DNA of 61,890 nt, the filler included, from Sphacelaria rigidula (taxonomy: Eukaryota), in assembly GCA_964200075.2 (NCBI GenBank). It is 11 parts of 11 records of this genome, joined end to end, with 100 filler letters (N's around TTAATTAATTAA, not from the genome) between each part and the next. Parts side by side here need not be neighbours in the genome. Positions count along the whole stretch, not along the records: positions 1 to 5,536 come from CAXNAA020026537.1; positions 5,637 to 11,172 come from CAXNAA020026538.1; positions 11,273 to 16,808 come from CAXNAA020026539.1; 8 more parts are not named here. One strand, written 5' to 3'. Position numbers and translations under genes: made by a program. The notes beneath the pieces were generated by a model. It ran no database searches and was not told the DNA's origin. It saw only the letters and a list, made by a program, of their open reading frames with translations. Positions 1 to 11,820 of the stretch are shown here, in pieces (within the stretch, counting starts at the first letter, position 1; every line of letters starts with the position of its first letter).

Positions 1-19
1 GTGAGTAAACAAAGAAGTC

Positions 20-180
20 GACTGGGTTTGTGTGCCGTGAGTTGACGCGGTGCGGGAGTGCTGATCTAATCCCCGAGATCAAAATGATCGCACGTACCGG
101 GGGAGAGATGGGATGATCCTTTGAGGCCACGGACTCATCCCGAGGAAGGAGAGGGGTTCAAAGTGTGAGGAAAACAAATA
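20..180. repeat. Dispersed ~160-bp repeat family (other copies 10736-10892, 45310-45475)
   Basis: Shared sequence GACTGAGTT...GACGCGGTGCGGGA...GGGAGAGA...TTGAGACCACGGACTCGTCCCGAGGA..GGAGGG on three different contigs. Confidence 0.8.
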
Positions 181-484
181 ACGAGTCGAACAGCTTTTCC
201 ACGCCCTGCCCCGCCCTCCCCATCCAGGTACGGTTCGGCAAACCGGTGAGGTTTTGGGGGGGACATTCCAACGATGGGACATAGTCGCATGGTGTACAAC
301 CGGTGTGCGTGTCTTGCAGCCGATACTGACTGTCCGTTACATTTGACATGAATCACAATGACCATACCACTGACGCGGTGATGTCGATGAACCACGCCAT
401 TCCGTGTTGATATTGGAAATGCAATCCAAAGGTTCGGTTGAAAGCAGTGTAATCCCAGTCGGATAACTACACCTCACATGTACG

Positions 485-547
485 CCGTCTCGAAAGGGCT
501 TCATGGTCAATGGTCGAACGACTGAGGCAAGCAACAAATGAGTACGC
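485..547 (+). repeat. ~70-bp high-copy hairpin module (CCGTCTCGAAAGGGATGCGTGGTCAATGGTCAAACGACTAAGGCAAGCAACAAATGAGTAC)
   Basis: Further copies at 10381-10446(-), 28035-28080, 33372-33437, 33816-33870, 49548-49616(-), 50816-50882, 56398-56459 (plus partial 56357-56375). Variant copies at 33619-33691(-), 44929-44985, 49382-49453(-). Confidence 0.9.
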
Positions 548-681
548 TCTCATGCATGACTGGTGTGGTAAGGCTGTACTTTGGTGGGGGGGGCGAGGAA
601 TGGGAAAGGAGGGGGTTGGTAGTCAACAGAACAGGCTGAGTCAACTGATACCCGATTGGTATGCGTGCACACCATGTAATA

Positions 682-1712
682 TTTCCTCTGTCTCATAAGT
701 CTAGGGAGTTATTATTACTATTACTCTTATTATTTTCGCACATTAGTCCGATCTTGCGAACCGGTGGTCACAGACGTAGGCTCGTTATGGGCGTGTAATT
801 GTTTGCGCACTTATACTTTTCCGACCATCCTATAGTTAGGTTCGTTGCAAAGATGAAATCTCAACGAAGCTGATGCAAAAAGAAAAAAAGCCGGTTGTCT
901 ATGCTAAAATGAAGTCAAAATATGCCCATTTTGGCCCATTTTTGAGATTTTCTTTGAGATTTTCTTTGAGATTTTCTTTGAGATTTTCTTTGAGAATTCG
1001 TGTTTACCACCCCTAGACCTAGCTCGCAGACAAGACAATATCATGGACTTGCCCCCAAGCACCCCCCCCCGTTGCAAGGGTGGCGAGCTATCCGTGGGCC
1101 GCCGCATTGCTATCGCGGTGGAGGTTGCGAGGACAACTAATCGTTTGTTTTCCCTTGGGGGCCCCAAGTGTCTTGTTTTTAGTGTGGGTACCCCAAGTGT
1201 CTTGGTTTTAGTGTGGGAACCCCAAGAGTCTTGTTTTTAGTATGGGGTCACTATTATAATGCTTTTAGTATGAGGGGATGCGACATGGATCGTTGAGTTG
1301 GAGCGTTGAGTAGAGGAGGGGGCTACTGTTGTTTGGTTTGCCCCCCAAGTGTCTTGTTTTTAGTGTGAGACCCCCAAGTGTCTTGGTTTTAGTGTGGGGT
1401 CACTATTATACTGGTTTTATTATGGGTATGCGACATGGATCGTTGAGTAGAGGAGGGTTAGGTTCAGGGTTGGAGATAATTCTTGGGGGGTTTTAGTGAT
1501 TTTTTATGATGCACCCAGTGGAAAATGGTCAAAATACGGCCATTTTTGGCCTGGCTACCTTTATGAGCACATGCAGGGTAGTGCGCAAGGAAAAAAAAAT
1601 GTGCTTCAACCCGAAAGACGCTCAAGATTTTAAAAACATTATCGCCGAAGACATTCGACACCGTTAAGGGCTCGTACAAACATAACTCCCCAGACTTATG
1701 GGACAAAGGAAG
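682..1712. mobile_element. Stowaway/mariner-like MITE, expanded copy
   Basis: ~31-bp imperfect TIRs (TTTCCTCTGTCTCATAAGTCTAGGGAGTTAT ... ATAACTCCCCAGACTTATGGGACAAAGGAAG) with TA on both sides. Contains a retroposon tail insertion, a 12-bp tandem repeat (GAGATTTTCTTT x4, ~944-993) and a ~200-bp internal duplication (~1161-1460). Confidence 0.8.
712..786 (-). mobile_element. 5'-truncated LINE/SINE 3' tail nested in the MITE
   Basis: TGTGACCAC...TAATGTGCGAAA followed by an (AAT)n-like tail on the minus strand, flanked by a GTTAT duplication. Similar 3' ends at 10926-10980, 24435-24510 and 28340-28410. Confidence 0.55.
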
Positions 1713-1759
1713 TATGTATATATTGAGCCTGCTCAATATGTGGACCCGTAGCGTGTTCA

Positions 1760-1760
1760 A

Positions 1761-1791
<31 letters not shown>

Positions 1792-1840
1792 CGAGCAATA
1801 TAATGGCACGAGAGACATATCAATATATATATATATATAT
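1760..1840. repeat. (TA)n microsatellite tracts
   Basis: Direct reading: TA runs at ~1760-1787 and ~1824-1840. Confidence 0.9.
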
Positions 1841-1898
1841 CGTGTCATTAATATGTCAAGGGTTGCGGCATGAGATATATATCAACCGAGCAATATAT

Positions 1899-2363
1899 TG
1901 TAATGGGTTGTGCTTGGTATATGGCAAGTACGCCTCACTAGGCGAGGCGAGGGCACCAGGCAATAGCTTGAATAACCGGGCCCTAGGCAAAAGTACTATG
2001 CAGTGTATTTACAATGCTGGGCACAACCCTCGTTTCGATGTGTCCGAAGGTATCAGAATGTTCAGGCGTAGGTATAATAATATCTCTTCTTGATTTCTTG
2101 ATCTTAGATCTCCTTCGCATCCAATCCCTCACGCTCAATCAATCAGTCTCACCGTGATGTGAGACTTCGCTCGGGAATGTTAGTAATGACCGCTAAGGGG
2201 GTCACCCATGTTACCGTCCCTGCTGTATATACAAGTTCATACTCGTATCTGACCAACTCTGAACAGACCTGCAGTCTTGAAATAGCCTGGAGTGCAATAC
2301 ATAGCTGGACCCGTCGACGAGTCTGAGGCGGCATGACAACAGCTTAATATGCTCCTCATGACA
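1899..2363 (-). mobile_element. 3' LTR of Gypsy family A element
   Basis: TG...CA termini (minus strand TGTCATGAGG...CCATTACA), 465 bp. Homologous to 20551-21024 and 46544-47017. Preceded on the minus strand by purine-rich AGGTGGGTCAG (PPT-like, 2364-2374) and lies downstream of minus-strand pol. Confidence 0.85.
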
Positions 2364-2971
2364 CTGACCCACCTAGACGAAAATCTATTACAGATGCGAG
2401 GATGTATCCTCAAAAGCAGCGAAAACTAAACTTTTTTTCTAGTGGTAAAGTCATGAGCGGCGACTAAGGCACGCCTAATGAAACACTCCCGTACCCACTC
2501 CCACACCTTAAAATAAGGGAAGCATGAAGTGCTACGAGGGGCAGAAAAAACTGCTTCGAAACGCGGAAGCGCTCCTTCTTCGTGCTGGCGACCCCCAAAA
2601 ACAGCACAAATTGCTTCGTCGTCTGAGAAAAACGAATGAGGAAATCAGGGAGATACAACAAGGAGCAATCCTTCGACCTGGGGGGTTCCAAAGGAAAACC
2701 GGCAAAATCAGTATCATGCGACCAATGCATGTTGGTCGGGAGCAAGAAAAAACAACAAATATAAGGAAATCGGTGATTCTACGAGATCCAGCGTCAGCCA
2801 AAAGGAGATATTAGAGCTCCAGTAGTCGTAAATGGTGAGCGGTTCCTGATAGTCTCAGATCGTCGTCCGATGTAGGTGGTCATTTCGTGGATGTAGTAGA
2901 GACTGGTCCTAGCGAAAAGGGAAGGGCAAAATACTAAAGAAGGGAAGAAACGTGGCAGTGAAGGGCATGGT

Positions 2972-5360
2972 TCAAAGCGGTACGTGGACGTTGTGGGTGT
3001 GGTCAATGTCGCGCTGGATACCGCGGCGAAGTCCGGTGGACTTGAATCGCTGAAGACACCATGATCCGCGTGGTGCAGATGGGCTGGTGGTGTGAAGTGC
3101 TGGCTCGAGCTTAAGCTGTATGGATCCAGGGTCATCGATAAAGCGCACGATGTATGTGTCGGCAGAAACCAGGTTAGCGGAGTGGGTCTGGCCTAACCAA
3201 CTGAGGTTGTCGCGACCTTCGAACCACAGGTAGCTACCCTTGAGTAGTGTTCGCTGATTCGCGAGGAACTTTGCCGTACAAGTCGTGGTGGGTACAAGAT
3301 CGTAGTCATCGGCGACAAAGCGTAGTCCTTGATCGCGGTGAAGTTCGCGGGCTGCTGCACCATATCGCATGTTGCGACATTGCTTGTTGCGAGCGAGATG
3401 CTGATGTTGGGATTGCGTCCAGTACAGGAGGATTGCACGGCGGTGGAATCGAAGGTCGGATTCGCGTTCCCAAGACGCTCTCCGAAGACCTTGTCAAGGA
3501 GTCTTATACATGACAGCAATTTTGCCACCTTGACCACGAATGATCTGGTGGCCGGAGATGGTGGACACGGTCAATCGACGGGGCTGTTCTGTCACGTCGT
3601 CGGTGGTAACATGAGTGTGGTGACTTGGTCGAGTAGCTGTTGAGAACATACTGCGTGAGTCCGGTAGGCAAGTACTTGCGTATGTCACTTGTATCATGCG
3701 GGTTCGTGCAGGGTTTGGATCTGTGCACGGAGACGCAGGGTTTGGTGTCTTTTCCCTGAAGGTCGCGAGGCAGGTCGAGATCGAGCAGTTTGTCAACAAC
3801 GGGTTCATCATCCGGGGATGATGGCGATGATCCGACTGTCAGGACCTTGAATGGTCCTGTCGAACTGAGGGACAATTTTGTCTTCAGAACCTTTTCGTTT
3901 GTGCCTTGCTGGTGCCTTGGCGGATGATCGACAAGCTGTTGTAGATCCAAACCCAATGACCAAGTTTCCAGTTGGGGCGTTTGTGCAAGAGGTTATAGAG
4001 AGCAGTGTTAGATTTCTCAAGGCGCGAGGCATTGATAGCGTGTTGTTCGTGCACGAGGGTGTACGCTTTGCGCTGTCGTGAATGCACTAGTTCGTGATAC
4101 GATATTTGATCCTGATCCAATCCTTGGTGGCCATCGAACGTTTGTCGCTCAATCACGGTGATAGGCAGCCGAGGCTGACGTTCAAGACGCAGTTCGTCCG
4201 GGGAAAGGCCTGTGGCGGCGGTAACCGAGTTGTTGTACGACAACATGATGTGCGAGAGATGTAGGTTCCAGTCATTTTGGCCGTCGTTGACGACCATAGA
4301 GAGCATCTGGGCCATGGTGTGGTTAACTCCTTCGGTACCACCGTTTCCGTTCGAGTGGTAGGTGGTCGTGGCAATCTTGCGGATGCACAGGAGCTTGTAA
4401 AGCTCATCAGAAATATCCGAGCAAAATTGCTGACCGTTGTGTGAAAGGTGTCGTTTCGGGTAACCGTAGTGTTTAATGTAGTCGTGGATCAATACATCGG
4501 TCGTTCCGGTTGCTGTGAAATCTCCAGTTTTTTACCGCGTACATGGACGCGTGGCGGCTGAAGCTGTCAGTGAAGAGTAAGATGTAAGTGTTATCGCGAC
4601 TCGTGGTCGGCAGAGGGCCGAAGTAGTCAAAAGACACCAGGTGGCCCGGGGCGTTGGGGAGTCCCAAGGAAATGACGGGCCAACGAAGTGTCTGCCGTAA
4701 AGGTTTTCGAGTTTGGCGTTCGAAGCATCACCGTTAGTAGTTCACAGTTATGCGTATGTTTCCATCCTTTTTGGGGACGACCACAAGTGGCGAGGCCCAA
4801 GGAGAGGAGGAATGTTGTATTAACTCCGCTCCCAAATATGAATCTAACACGTCATTTACTTTTTTGGTGAGGACTGGGTTTGGCCGGTATGGTCAAGAAG
4901 AGATTGACGAGACGCCGGGTTGGAGTTATCCTCAAAAACCAGCGTTTTGCAATGCCCAAGGTCGGTCTTGGATCGAGACAATCGATCTTGGTACTGTAGC
5001 AGGACATCGCTGAGTTCTTGGATGACTGTTGGTTTCCAGCCGGGTCCATGAAGGTCAAAATGGATGTCACGCATGTGTTGCGGTAATTGGTTCCGCATTT
5101 GTAAGAAACTATTCCGGGAATCTGGTGATAAGCGTTGAAGCACTAGAACAGGAGGATCGGAAGTTGACCGGGCATTATTCACGGTGTGGACCTGGGGTGG
5201 GATGCCGCAGAGACGAGGTCGAAATAGGGTTCATCGACACAATTGACAGAAGATTTCGTCGAGGGTGCTGCGTTGGACACGGCAGCCTCTGATACGCATG
5301 TCTCGGGTGGGATGTGCATCAGAGGAGCGGGGGTGATCCCTGGAATTTCGCCGCGTTCCA
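2972..5360 (-). pseudogene. Degenerate Gypsy (chromovirus-type) pol: pre-RT region, integrase core, GPF module, chromodomain, C-terminal extension
   Basis: SRSKTDLGHC (pre-RT); SFDYFGPLP...ILLFTDSFSR; GNGGTEGVNHT (integrase E); TGPFKVL; chromodomain MYKT.*.GLRRASWERESDL; extension GSYLWFEGRDNLSWLGQ...YIVRFIDDPG. Multiple frameshifts and stops. RT and RNase H not seen between ~4920 and ~4720. Confidence 0.9.
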
Positions 5361-5536
5361 AGTTAGCATGGTCCGTAAGAGGGAAGATCCGTGATCACGC
5401 CGAGACAGAACGTCCTGTGTCGGCCGGTTCACCAATACGGGGTGACATTTCGGCAAAATAGCACGGTTAGGACAAATCATCACGACTCAAAATAACCAAA
5501 TTCATGATTTCTTCGGCCTGATTGCCCAAAAGGGAG

Positions 5537-5636
5537 NNNNNNNNNNNNNNNNNNNNNNNNNNNNNNNNNNNNNNNNNNNNTTAATTAATTAANNNNNNNN
5601 NNNNNNNNNNNNNNNNNNNNNNNNNNNNNNNNNNNN
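5537..5636. other. Artificial contig linker (N44-TTAATTAATTAA-N44); repeated at 11173, 16809, 22445, 28081, 33716, 39351, 44986, 50621, 56256
   Basis: Identical 100-nt spacer with stops in all six frames occurs 10 times; the intervening contigs are 5536 bp (first five) or 5535 bp (last six). Confidence 0.97.
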
Positions 5637-5793
5637 TATGATTTTAGTGTTGAAAACATTTTTTTTTTTTTTCTCAGTCAGCTTCGTCTGCACGTTATCT
5701 CTCTAACGAGCCCAACTGTAGCATGATCGTGAGCATTGAAATACCCACACGATTAAACGTCCATAACGATACAGACTTGTGGGACAGAGGAAG
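5637..5793 (-). mobile_element. Partial Stowaway/mariner-like MITE cut by contig start
   Basis: Ends in CTTGTGGGACAGAGGAAG+TA; the interior matches the left part of the 30647 copy in reverse. Confidence 0.75.
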
Positions 5794-5985
5794 TATATGA
5801 GGTAGCCACGGTGTGTTGAGTTGCCGACAGCAAAAGTGTGTACAAATTGCTCAACTATCTACGTAGCGGATGCCCCCATCCCGTGGGACGTCCCACGCAC
5901 ATCTCACTAGCGTAAAGTCTGTCTTGTTTGTAACAGAGCCACACACTCTATAAAACACCGATAAACACTTTACTCTGTAGAGCAA

Positions 5986-8900
5986 CTAGCTCAAGTACTT
6001 GATGCTATGATATTCACTAGGTATTCGTTTTCTAGACATACCTGCTGCATCCTCGGTAGAATCCTGATTCAGGGGCTGTCGGAACAGTCGTTTATTTTTC
6101 TCGCAATGGTAACGTTCTTCCTCTCGACCCCCCAATTGCTTGCGTTCCTTCGGCGAGTTGGTATGACGTCGCGTCGGGGATGCATTATTTCTACGATATC
6201 TGGGGCTTGTAGGCATAAACACTCCGGTGGCGTCGGCAGTAGTGGCGCAACCCCCCCCACTACCGGCGACCCCTTCTCCCTGATTTTGCGTCCTCATAAT
6301 TTCATCACCATCTTCTTCTTGATCGTGCACGATAGCAGAGAAGCCGATGCGCTCATAGAGCGCCTGGAGGGATGGCACAGGGTCTCCGCCAGATCGCGCA
6401 ACCTGGAATGTTTCTCCTACCGCGCTGCCGACGTCGATGATACCGCCAGCGTACGATGGTTGAGCTTGACTATCTTCACTACTGCTGCTATTGCTATTGT
6501 TGTCGCTGCAATTGGATATGACCTCTTTTTGTTGGTGCTCCCTGTCTTTCCTGGTGCTGCCGCTGTTACGTTGGCGCGGTTTACTCTTTGATCGATGATA
6601 GGATCTGCTGCTCTGGTATTGACGTTTACCTGACGATGCCGTTGTCAGTGATGGCCCCGTTGACTTCGTCGCTATCTGGTGGACCTGGTGTGTGGCGTGG
6701 TGAGTTGGTTGTCTTCCATCTGGTGCTGCACGACTACTCGCCATCGACACGACTTCTTGGTTTACTTGAAGAATGTCGTCGAGGTATCTATTGGTGCGAA
6801 CCGTGGCAGATTTCGCTTGCTGGACGTTCATTTCTGCTATCTTTCGACCAGAGCGTGCTTCTCGCAGGGTACAGTCAAGCTCCTGCAGAGTATTGTGGTG
6901 GAACGAAGAGGGGAAAAGGGCGCGGCCAGGAACGGTATCACCACCTGATTAGTGGTGGTGTGGTGCACATGATGACATGAGAAGCCGTTGCTACACAAAC
7001 ATTCACCTCGAACATTAACGTCAGAGTGCCATTGAATCACGCCGGGGAAGGACAGCCTCACAAGCGCCCATGCATGTATGCATCAAGCGTCCATGCATGT
7101 ATGCATACATCCACGCACTCAGTACACCCTCTTATGTTCGCCCAGCGTCATAATGAGCAGCAGAGTATTTGCGAAATACTCACCTCGACCCGGGTAATTA
7201 GAGAGCTTAGCTGAGCATCTGTGGCCGCCGTCACACGGCGAATGGTTTCGCGTACTTTTGATCTTTTTTTTTTCCGTGTGCGACCCTGCGTTCGGACGCA
7301 AGATATATGAGGCACAAACGCATGATGTTGATATCTGACGCTACAGCTGCAGTTCGCTTTGAAGGCGTCAGCTTTTTGCGGTATTCGTGTCAATTTAGAG
7401 CACCTTGTCCCGATGCTGAACTTCGAAAGTGAACACGTAGCTGAGACCCTTGCAACGGCCGAGGGGGTGCGAAAATACTCGTGCAATATGTCCTATAGCC
7501 TCTGCCAGACAATCTGGGTAAGGGGACTTTCAACGAGGAACTCCTCCAGTATCACTGGCCTCGTGCTCGACAAGTTTTTTCTTCTAACTTGTTAGTATCA
7601 CGGAGTGATCCTCAACATACCACGTCACGAGACAGCAAGGGGCCACATAGATAAGGGCCATCAATCCAGGATCCCCCGTCCCCTTCCACTGCTCCAATCA
7701 TGCATGCGATTATACTGAGACCTACGGCTTGGTATCATTTGGCTACAGCACCCTCAACGTGAATTCAAGACAAACGAGTGTTTCCTTATGAACACACGCA
7801 ATACCATGCGATCAGCGTCTGCAACGACAGAATTAGACTTGACAGATGACCTGCAAGAATTACCTTTTGTACGATATCCATGGGCTAAAGACCGGAGTAT
7901 CGTAAAAACCAAAAGTGCAGAAGCTCAAACAATGGTCAAGTTGGGCGAAACACGACTCGTTCCAATAACTGCAGATGAACACCGCTTCGCAGCACGTTGT
8001 CCATCGAACAAACGAAGTGCATGCTACAGTAGTCTATAGTGGCCAATACCCGTCTAGAAACATGATCCTTATGAGGGAGCCACTCGTACATGTTACATCA
8101 ACAGCTCTGTCAAATAGCGACCATGGAGAGTAATTGCATACGTTCTGCTCGCTCTCTTGAACGCGTTCTTCCAGAGTGCCCACTTTTGCTTCGGCCGACA
8201 TCTGTGCGATGACCGCTTCCTGCTCTTGGGCCCGCGCTGTGGCACACGCCTGCTGAAGGTCCAATCTATCTTTCTGGCGAAGTGACATCACAATAATGAA
8301 CAGCAAGGAGAAATCTGCGCACGTAGCGCTTCAGCGTTTCTGCGAGTCACCGATAGCACAGCGCGACGACGATAAGAGCATAGACTGCAACGTTTATGCA
8401 CGATTTCCCCCGTTGCGCAAAATGGGTGTAATGGCAGAAAATATCGTTAACCAAAGTGGACTCGCCTCGGTCTCGTCAAGGCGAATGTCAACCGCGGACT
8501 TGTCGGCGAGTAGCCTCTCGTAGGCCAGTCGCGATGCGGCATCCTGCTCTTGCAAAGTCAAGTCGTGGAGCTGCTGTGTGTAGCTGTGGTCTTCTTGGCG
8601 CCGAGCTAGCTCCCGCTTAAGCGCCTTCACCTCTTCCACTATTCTCGTCCGCTCGTCCTTCATGCAGGTACGGGAACAAAAATGACACACTTCTGTGTGA
8701 AGACGCGCGACATTTTGAGACTGCGCCCGTCGAGCAAAGAGATACTGTAATAAATAGGCATCTATCATAGACTATTAGACTATTAATCTAGGCGTAGCGG
8801 GCTTGACCAACGAAAACAGGCTTTGCTCACTAACATCTAGTTGTCGCAAATCAAGGGCACCCCATTCTATCATATAACACCTGCGCTGATCGCCGTATCG

Positions 8901-9150
8901 GATACCCCCCCTCTCTAAAACATCCCGTGAAAAGGTGCCATAGAGAGAGTAGCGGGACGTCAACCATGATCAAATCGACAGCGGTGAGCACAAAGATATC
9001 AAGAGAGATGCCGTAAACAGAACCATATATCGGTGGTATCTTGGATAACTTGCCGGGCAGCATCAGTACCTCGAGCACTCGTATTTTTTCCTGGAGGCCC
9101 TTGAGCGCATCCAGAACCGCTCTATTGTTGCTCGTATCTTTGGTGCCCAT
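5986..9150 (-). CDS. Multi-exon coiled-coil protein with CEP57/translokin-like N-terminal motif
   Basis: Phase-0 exons that splice in frame: 9150-9070 (MGTKDTSNNRAVLDALKGLQEKIRVLE), 8657-8466 (GC donor), 8273-8142, 7285-7184, 6882-5986. NRAVLDALKGLQEKIRVLE|DER..EEVKAL resembles the CEP57 centrosome-localisation motif (SRAIxSALKNLQxKIRRLELER, recalled from memory). An upstream in-frame exon (~9326-9239, joining at 9170) is possible. The last exon may contain introns. Confidence 0.7.
7494..7747 (-). mobile_element. Solo LTR of Gypsy family B inside an intron of the CEP57-like gene
   Basis: End-to-end reverse-complement similarity to the 57565-57822 LTR; no internal domains adjacent; no clean TSD visible. 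Confidence 0.85.
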
Positions 9151-10925
9151 GGTTGACGAGGGAAATACTGATGTAGTCAAACGTACTCTGTAAAACCGCC
9201 TAAGCGGGCAAGTGTTGTTGCTTCAACACACGAAACCAGCTCGAGTATCATGAGAATGGTCATTTTCCAGAACATCCCTCCTCTCAAAGCGTGCGTGTCC
9301 AGCTGGATGCTCACTGGCACCTCGCTAGTGGGCAAAGAATAGTGGAACTGACGCTCTGACGTACGGCATATCATTTGAAGACGAGTATCAGCGCTGCACT
9401 GTGACTGTCACCACAAGGCCTTTGGTCTAAGGATTCACAAAGGCGTTGCGGTTGGGGGCAGGTGGTGCGCAAAAACGCGGCGAAATTGAACCAAATTGAG
9501 AATAGGATTGGCTGCGACGCAAGGGAGTGCTCACCGCAGCGAGCAACGTAGTGGGAATACTCGAGGCTGCTGGCTGGTGTAGCCGATAAGCGATGTCTTC
9601 GGAGGTGGAGGAGACACTCAAGAGGATTCAGTCGCACAGAGGTGTGAAGGGAGTGTTGATCTTGAACAACGATGGAATCCCAATACGGTGAGTTTGAGAT
9701 ATCCGACACAAGCGGGTAGAGAAGGATGCTTAAGAAACTCAACAGTCACGGTACAGAAGTAGGATGTGCCGAAAGATAGCAATGCATCACGATACTTGTT
9801 GTCTGTGGCAGCATCTCGAAGATTGCAGCCGATTTCTGTTGTCCCCGCAAATGAATGCATGGATACCGTGGTCATGCACGTGCAACCTTTCATCCACAAA
9901 TTTCAAATGAGTACGTGCTGTACGGTGTACTGAAGCGTACTAAAATCCGTACGAAATACTCCACAGTATATATTTTGTGTGAAAATGTGAAGTGTACCAG
10001 TCCTCGACAGACAGGTCCTTCTCCTTTCATAATAAAAGATAGTATCCGCTCGGGATATATGCACATCACCGCTCACAGGGTAGAGGGTAGGTACGATCAT
10101 AGTGTAACGAATCAGGGTTCGAATCGTACTTGCCTCGTCTGTCATGAGACAATTCGTGTTTTTGTGACAAGAGGTTTGTTGAGGTGATCTTTTTCGCCCA
10201 AGACAGCAGCGGTAACGTCTTGTGCGTGGGTTGGGAGACCAAGCCAACGATCTCTGGAGGAAAGTCATTTGCGAGTTTGCAACGGGGGTCGTGGTAGGTT
10301 GCGTCCTGAACCTTGCCCTGAAAACCTCCGAAATCTGCACAATACAAGTAGGGGAGAGGAGAGGGGCGGGGGGGGGGGGGCGTACCCATTTGTTGCTTGC
10401 CTTAGTCATTAGACCATTGACCACGCATCCCTTTCTAGACGGAGCATGCGGGGCGGGGGGAGGAGGAGTGCTACGCATGTTACCGTGTCATTTTCCATCA
10501 CATCACAGTTGCACCCCACCTTTTATCCGAGGAAAATACTGCCGTCTTGTCATACATCAATCTGCTACAGCAAAACTTCAATTTCGTACCACTTTTTATC
10601 TCTTTCTCTTCACATGTCGTCTGTTGTCCCTGCGTGACAGTTCCTGCCACATGCCTAGTGTTTGGCTTTCTCTCAGAAGTATCTGCTTTTCGTCTCGTAA
10701 AATGTGATGACCTGAGTAGCAAAACGAGCTCGTTTGACTGAGTTGGTTGAGAGCCGGCACGGTGCGGGAATGTTGGTCCGATCCGCGATAATCCAATGTG
10801 TGGCGTGTACTCGGGAGAGATCGGTTGATCCCTTGAGACTACGGACTCGTCCCGAGGAAGGGGAGGGGTCAGAAGTGAGACAAACGAAAAGAGACGTGAC
10901 GTTTCATCTTCGGGTATATCGGCGT

Positions 10926-11172
10926 GATTGATTGATTTTCCCACATTACCTGACATCCCAGGAATCCAGCCGTGGTCACAACCTATACTTTCCTGGGATG
11001 AAATAAATCAATTTGAAATCAAATATAAAGTCAAAGCACTCGCTGAAGGAGGCTCGAGAAAGGTGGAAGACGGAATTAGAGAAGAGGGGAAGCAAACAGA
11101 CTGAAGTAAAAAAACAGGGAAACCCACACACCCACACACACAAATAAAGGAAAGAAACAGAAGGGAGGGGGG
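10926..11172 (-). mobile_element. LINE/SINE 3' end with (AATC)n tail
   Basis: Minus strand TGTGACCACGGCTGGATTCCTGGGATG...TAATGTGGGAAAATCAATCAATC; same terminal motif as the SINE at 24435-24893. Confidence 0.6.
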
Positions 11173-11635
11173 NNNNNNNNNNNNNNNNNNNNNNNNNNNN
11201 NNNNNNNNNNNNNNNNTTAATTAATTAANNNNNNNNNNNNNNNNNNNNNNNNNNNNNNNNNNNNNNNNNNNNCATGCATACAGTACTTGGGCGTTCACTT
11301 GCAGTTGCTATACCCATCGCGGGTCTGAATTGGCGGACAAATACCATCGGCAGTTACAACTATGACCAAAAACGCGTGATAACCGCCCACTCTATCCCAA
11401 GCGCCAAACGGGCGTAAAACGGCAAACATTACCAGTGCTTCCGTTCGACTGGACACACAGAAACGGTGCTGCCCTGCGTAAGTTTCTTGGTACGGCCATC
11501 AAAATTTTCCACCCGTACAAGGAGGTTTTCACTGCAGCTGCCAAGGATTTAGTACGTGGACAAGGAGTATCGTGTGTACAGTGAACCGTTCAGGTTGTCG
11601 GGAGCGGGGTGGAGGGTGTGGAGAGGTCACACAAG

Positions 11636-11820
11636 ATGGCTCAGATTAACGATAGCGATATTCTGGATGCGTTGGACTTGAAGCGCAAGCGGTGCGTGCG
11701 CAAGTGGACGGCCGAAGAGGATCAGGAGATGGTAGAGATGGTCATGGAGCACGGTACCAAGATGTGGGGCTTGATAGGCTCCAAGCTGAAAGACAGAACT
11801 GGAAAGCAGTGCAGAGAAAG
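11636..11820 (+). CDS. First coding exon of a MYB (R2R3/3R-type) transcription factor
   Basis: AAGATGG start; KWTAEEDQEMVEMVMEHGTKMWGLIGSKLKDRTGKQCRER is a canonical Myb repeat; GT donor in phase 2 at the typical CRER|W position. Later exons were not securely found. Confidence 0.9.

Noticed and set aside
904..1167. ORF with KKIS repeats
   Set aside because: Translation of a 12-bp tandem repeat inside a MITE.
5581..5592. TTAATTAATTAA as a biological repeat
   Set aside because: Always centred in N runs; a synthetic six-frame stop linker.
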